Assembly: GCA_973895155.1 (NCBI GenBank)
Contig: OZ316892.1
Location: 13,692,761 to 13,756,760, forward strand
Reading direction: 5' to 3'
DNA from: Marsupella aquatica
Lineage: Eukaryota; Plantae; Marchantiophyta
DNA: 64,000 nucleotides
Position numbers and translations under genes: made by a program. Numbering within the stretch: the first letter of the stretch is position 1; every line of letters begins with the position of its first letter. The notes beneath the pieces were generated by a model. The model worked only from the letters and a program-made list of their open reading frames with translations, was not told the origin of the DNA and searched no databases. Shown here one piece after another: positions 58,984 to 64,000 of the stretch.

Positions 58984-61464
58984 TTAATTTAATGGCTTCT
59001 CTAATAGGTATTCTTTCTCTATGTAAGATTGATTTTCAATAAGCTTTCGGGAAGGGCTTATGTCTACTCGATGGATTTGTTTTCGATGAAGTTAGGGGTG
59101 TAGTGTGGGTCGTGAGTTTGTGAGGGCAGAAGAGGCACACATTTAAATTAATTTTTTTTCTGAGATGTCGCTTTGAAGTCCCATTTTTTTCTGTCACTAA
59201 GAGCAGTCAGAGTGGCCGGATTCAGTTGGAATCGGATCATTTTCGTATTATTTCTATTGCGTGTCGTTGTAACACTTTATATGTTGTATATTTTGGGAAT
59301 TCACCTAAGAATCTGAGGAGTTAGGATGGATTCTGTGACGTGGTATCACAATCTTGCGGATTAATCGCGTGGATCACTGTGAAATTGGTTTGCATGGCAT
59401 GGCATCTAAGGGGATGGAGGCGAACAGTTCATTCAGAAGAGCTCAGTACAGAAGTTGTCGTTCCTGCACTGACCTGTAGTAGCAAAACAAGAAGTGAATA
59501 ATAATCAATCAGACAGTATCAGCAAGATGGGTTTATATGCAAACATCGGCAAATGATCTGGCCCAACTACATTTAGTTTTGTTTTCGACCTAGACACGTT
59601 TGTCTAGTGCTGGATTGAGTCTGGGATGGTCGCCATGTTCTGGTTGTCGGGCTGGCTTGTTTTTTTCGTCCTGCATCTTATTTGTCAGTAAATTTTGCAT
59701 TCGGAGCGGAAAAACGAAACTGGTCTGGTACAGCGATGTCGTGACTTTGCCTCTTTATGATCCTACAACTGAAATTTTATGATCGACAAACGTTCCCATA
59801 CTTAAAACTCGTGGAGAATGTTCATTCGAGAGACTTATCCGACAGAAATTCCGTTGAAATTCATTCACGTGGGTTAGTGGAAACACATCATAGGAAATGA
59901 GTACTCCACTGAATCTGCAAATGATCTCCGTTTGGATCCACGAATACGTATCATAAGGGCCTCAGCATGTTCACAGTCACTCATATAGACTGAATTGAAA
60001 ATGCGCAAATTCTGAAAATTTGGGCGGAGGGAGAGCTGGTGTAGACTTTTCTCAAGCTTCAGTCTCACTGCTTTCCGAGAGAATCAGTGGATATGTAACT
60101 GGCGGGGGCAAACTGTGCCGTGCTAAACCTGACGCGACTCAGCTGACAGTCAGTAGAAGAGTGATGGACGGACGTGTGTTGGGGTAAACGCTTCCTAGTT
60201 GTTGGGTCAGAATTCTCTTTACGCCCTGTGCGTTTCCTTATCAGGACGGCTATGATGGCATAGCCCGGAGAAAAATATGAGGCCATCACGAATGATTTAT
60301 CTACTTGAATTGCGAGAACACATGGACAATTTTATGCGTTGAGTTTTGTGCTAGTTCGTTGTTGTGATTTTGTACTTTGCTTGTATCATCGGGGGAAGCT
60401 GACCAAAATATGCGCGTGAACGTATCTTAATTGTGTTTCATCTGCGCTCATGTTGACTACCTTTAAAGCTAGCCCAACCATGGGCTGCCACCTGCGCATT
60501 TGATACCTTACAAACAGCTTCATGTTTGTCCAGCAGAGCCGGGTGTAAAGGGCACTGATCCCAGCGATCCTCATTGGGCCCGTTTCGGAACCGCCGTTAA
60601 GGCAGTAAATGATTCATTCATGCTGACCCTTTGCACAGGCAGATGCATTTACCATATATTCTTCCATCGAGAGATTAAGCAATTATTACGAAAAGATCAA
60701 AAAACTGAATTGAGAATCGAGCCATGTAATTCTTTGCTAGCATCGAGAAACCCTTATTGAATAGAGAACCTGAAGTGTTAGAACTCTCGTGTCTGCACAA
60801 ATCTGTAAGTGCAGCTTTCACTTAGAATTGATCTCATAATTTAATGCAAAATTGTAGTTCCGCCAATTTTTCACTGCTCTTTCACGGTTGGTTTCGTCTT
60901 TTCTGCCAAAAATATTGCACTTAGCGAAACGCTGGGAAAGCAGCATATCCTTTATTCCAGCCGATGGGTAGCTTGCAGTTAGTGCGGTTCTTTGCGAATT
61001 GATCAATTTAAGAACTGGACATTACTCGTTCAAGTTTTCCATGTCATACAAGCATCACGTAATCGATTACATCTGACACGGTGCTTCAATGATCTCATTC
61101 AGCTATTGATAATGACTGATCCTCGATCGGCGTGAATTGGCTCATCACTGGAATGTACCTTTCGTATCTGTCTAATTTTAACAGGTTATAATTCTTACCG
61201 AACACGAAAGATAATGCCATCATGGGTGTGCCAATGTTTTCTAGAGTTCGCTGGGAGAGCATTAGATTGTTGTGTTTATGTCGCCATGTATGTTGATTAG
61301 CAATTTGTGATGCACAATAAGAAGCCAGGATGAATGCACATCACCATTTAGTAATGACAGTGCATTGCATATGTGATTGGTGTGACAAATTCAGAAAGGC
61401 ATTAGATGTGGTACAGAGGCTCATGTCTATCGAAATCTTGTTGGTTGAACTTAGTAAAACACAC

Positions 61465-61563
61465 AGCCCCATTCCCTCACTCACTACGCATTCCTGTCCT
61501 ATGGTGAACAATGTCTCGCCATAAAAGGTAGAGCACTGTCACCTTCTGTGGAGCTCAAGCCCA
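61465..61563. repeat. Copy of the dispersed hairpin repeat
   Basis: AGCCCCATTCCCTCACTCACTAC...CCATAAAAGGTAGAGCACTGTCACCTTCTGTGGAGCTCAAGCCCA matches 32001-32120. Confidence 0.7.
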
Positions 61564-62430
61564 ATAATCCAAAATGAAACATCTCCACAAGTTGGACAAA
61601 AGAATGGACTTTGCAAGACAGAGGTTCAGATATAAACTGGCTACACACAAACTTCCAAAGCTCAGGGTTAGTATATATGTAACTAACACGAGCCTTCATT
61701 CAGCATGATTTCTCCCATTTTTGCTTTGGAATGAGAAAGATTAGACCTCAGACAAATTTAGGGGGTTGAAATGAGCCTGAGATCATTAAAGTGAATTTTG
61801 GCAATTTTTGCTTTTCGAATGGATATATATATATAATTTTTTTTTAATTTTTAATATTTATTTAATTTTTGCCTTTGGAATGGGCAAGATTAGATCTCAA
61901 AGTGGGGTTAAGCTAAATTTACCGTAGTTCATCGCCAAGCTTGTATGTCAACCTCAGATTCGCTCCTGATAACTGTCCCTGGTTTGTTCCCAAAATAATC
62001 CGTGGACCCCATGTTATTTTAGAAGCAGTTATCTAGAAATTGAAGCCTAGATGAACCTCAAAATCTAAAGACAAAAATTTCAAAAATGGACAAGTCAATG
62101 TTTGACATTTGATACAATTGTCAAACTTACAAGGACAACCATAATTAACATCAATCACAAAACAAGCTGCAATATGAACTACTATTTAATTAATGTGTGG
62201 GCAGCTTAATTGCCCACTTCAGCAAAATGGTGTTTGACTGTTTCCTCCACGTTATTGAAGGGATGCCGGATGCATTCAGGTTCGAAAGTAATCACTTTTC
62301 AATTCCTACATGCAGATAGACAAAGAGAGAGAAGTCATCGGTGTCATCAAATCACTAACCTTGCATAATTGTTTAAGACAAAAAGTTTCTTGGAAACAAA
62401 TTTCACATTGTGGAATTCAGAATGGATCAA

Positions 62431-62643
62431 AAGCTAGAGAAATTTAGAAATTCATGACCACTTTTGTACTTGATAAAATCTCCCAATGTCACACTCATTG
62501 GAACGCTAAAGAAAATTGGAAACTTATAATCTCCTCAGAACTTAACTAAATCTATCAATGTTAAGTTCATTAAACAACCAAAAAAATTCTAAAATTCATA
62601 ATCTCCTTAGTACTTGATAAAATTTATCAATTTTAGGTTCATT
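62431..62643 (-). repeat. Inverted copy (about 3 units) of the 70-72 bp minisatellite at 5860-6980
   Basis: The reverse complement contains TTCCAATGAGTGTGACATTGGGAGATTTTATCAAGTAC and AATGAACCTAAAATTGATAAATTTTATCAAGTACTAAGGAG, matching units at 6865-6980. Confidence 0.75.
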
Positions 62644-63295
62644 CTCATGGAAGGGGTAAGCATTTCACGGGATGTACAATAAAAATTTCTATTCACATTA
62701 GAGATTACAAAATCATGGGTGAAATTTATTTTTCAAATATTCATTCAATTCTTATTGAATGGTGACAATGCTGAGCTCATCACAATCATCTCTTAAGATC
62801 TTTCCAACGTCATATTATACGTGAGTTTTCATTATGATTTGACTTAGCAATGTCAAATCAAAAATTGTTGTCAAATTTTTTTTATGTTTTGAATAAAATC
62901 AAAATGGAAATAAAACCGTTACTGGGAGCAATTTTACCTCAATCTTTATATCTTTTGATTTGCATATCAAAAAGAATTTACATTCTTTTTTACGGCATGG
63001 TGTCCTAGTTTTTACAGAAAAGTTGTCACAAACACGAATGTAGAAGTTAATTTTATCCAAAAACAAATCTCTTCCTGTTTGTGGCACGCCATGATGATGT
63101 GACACGCTCTGAAACCAAGAATTTTGGAAAGAACCTCTAATGGGGTCTAATGGGGTCCATAATGAACTTTTAATTGTTTTTGGGGGAGTCCATTTAGGCA
63201 GATGTACTCTTTTTGGGCATGTGTTCCCCAATAAAGTTTCCTGGGCCATGCTCCCTTTTGTGTTAAAAAAAGGGAAAAAAAAGGAAAATAATAAT

Positions 63296-63631
63296 AATTT
63301 AATTTATGAAGATATTCCTTCCAAAGCCAAACAAGTGGACAAACCAAGCTCCCCTGGTTTGTTCCCCAAGTGAACTTTTAATTTATAAAGATATTCTTTC
63401 CAAAGCCAAACAAGTGGACAAATCAAGCTTTCCAAAGCCAAACAAGTGGACAAATCAAGCGGACGAATCAAACAACCACGATGTAAGTCCTCGACAAAAT
63501 AAATAATAAAATAATCCCACAACCAAGCTTCAAACTCAGAGATTGGTTATGGTGACGATGTAAGTCCTCGACAAAATAAATAATAAAATAATCCCACAAC
63601 CAAGCTTCAAACTCAGAGATTGGCTATGGTG
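63296..63631. repeat. Adjacent short tandem duplications
   Basis: TTCCAAAGCCAAACAAGTGGACAAA.CAAGC occurs three times (63319-63460). A near-perfect 77-bp duplication starts at 63478 and 63555. Confidence 0.9.
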
Positions 63632-64000
63632 GGTCCAGCCATACGGTTTGCGCTGCTCTGTATCGAGGTCCAGTATTGGCTCATCTAGTATCCCAATCGC
63701 AGCATGAAATCTTGGTTTCGCCTAAAGTAGATATCCCCATCTTATCCTATCCTTCCGTAGCCAAACAGGGGAAACAGACCTCCAGAACAGAAATCGACCG
63801 AGGACCGAACCCAACGACAGCCACTTGTCACTGAAACCATTGGGATGATTACCAATGCAAAGCTGCCAATTCTGCTCTACTGTTACCTATCGAGACACTC
63901 TGTGATGGTGAACTGACAGCTATGACTAGAACTGTGACGTCAGCCGCAAATTGACTAGAAATGGGACTTGCCCATCGAATTGAAATTATTGTCCCTGTTT

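Overview
Eukaryotic nuclear DNA from a land plant. A bryophyte, possibly a liverwort, is my inference from gene content and intron style; it is not proven. I reconstructed six protein-coding genes by hand, using GT-AG introns that keep the reading frame: the mitochondrial complex I 75 kDa subunit (5 exons, +), an intronless L-type lectin receptor-like kinase whose kinase domain looks catalytically dead (+), a Lys/Glu-rich low-complexity protein with an internal 53-aa duplication (-), plastid-type LPAAT (LPAT1, 4 coding exons, -), the SKI2 RNA helicase (25 coding exons, +) and a three-repeat MYB (MYB3R, 11 coding exons, +). The spacers hold two families of short non-autonomous Helitron-like elements (two copies each), several minisatellite arrays, a dispersed hairpin repeat and decayed element fragments. 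I see no rRNA, intact tRNA or CRISPR array, and I cannot claim a new multi-gene system. The best leads are: an unexplained CpG-rich, hairpin-dense segment at about 49.3-49.6 kb with an Sm-site-like motif and a splice donor; Helitron ends carrying MSA (MYB3R-binding) motifs; an MSA plus CHR-like module upstream of MYB3R itself; the LecRK pseudokinase; and uORF clusters in front of SKI2 and MYB3R.
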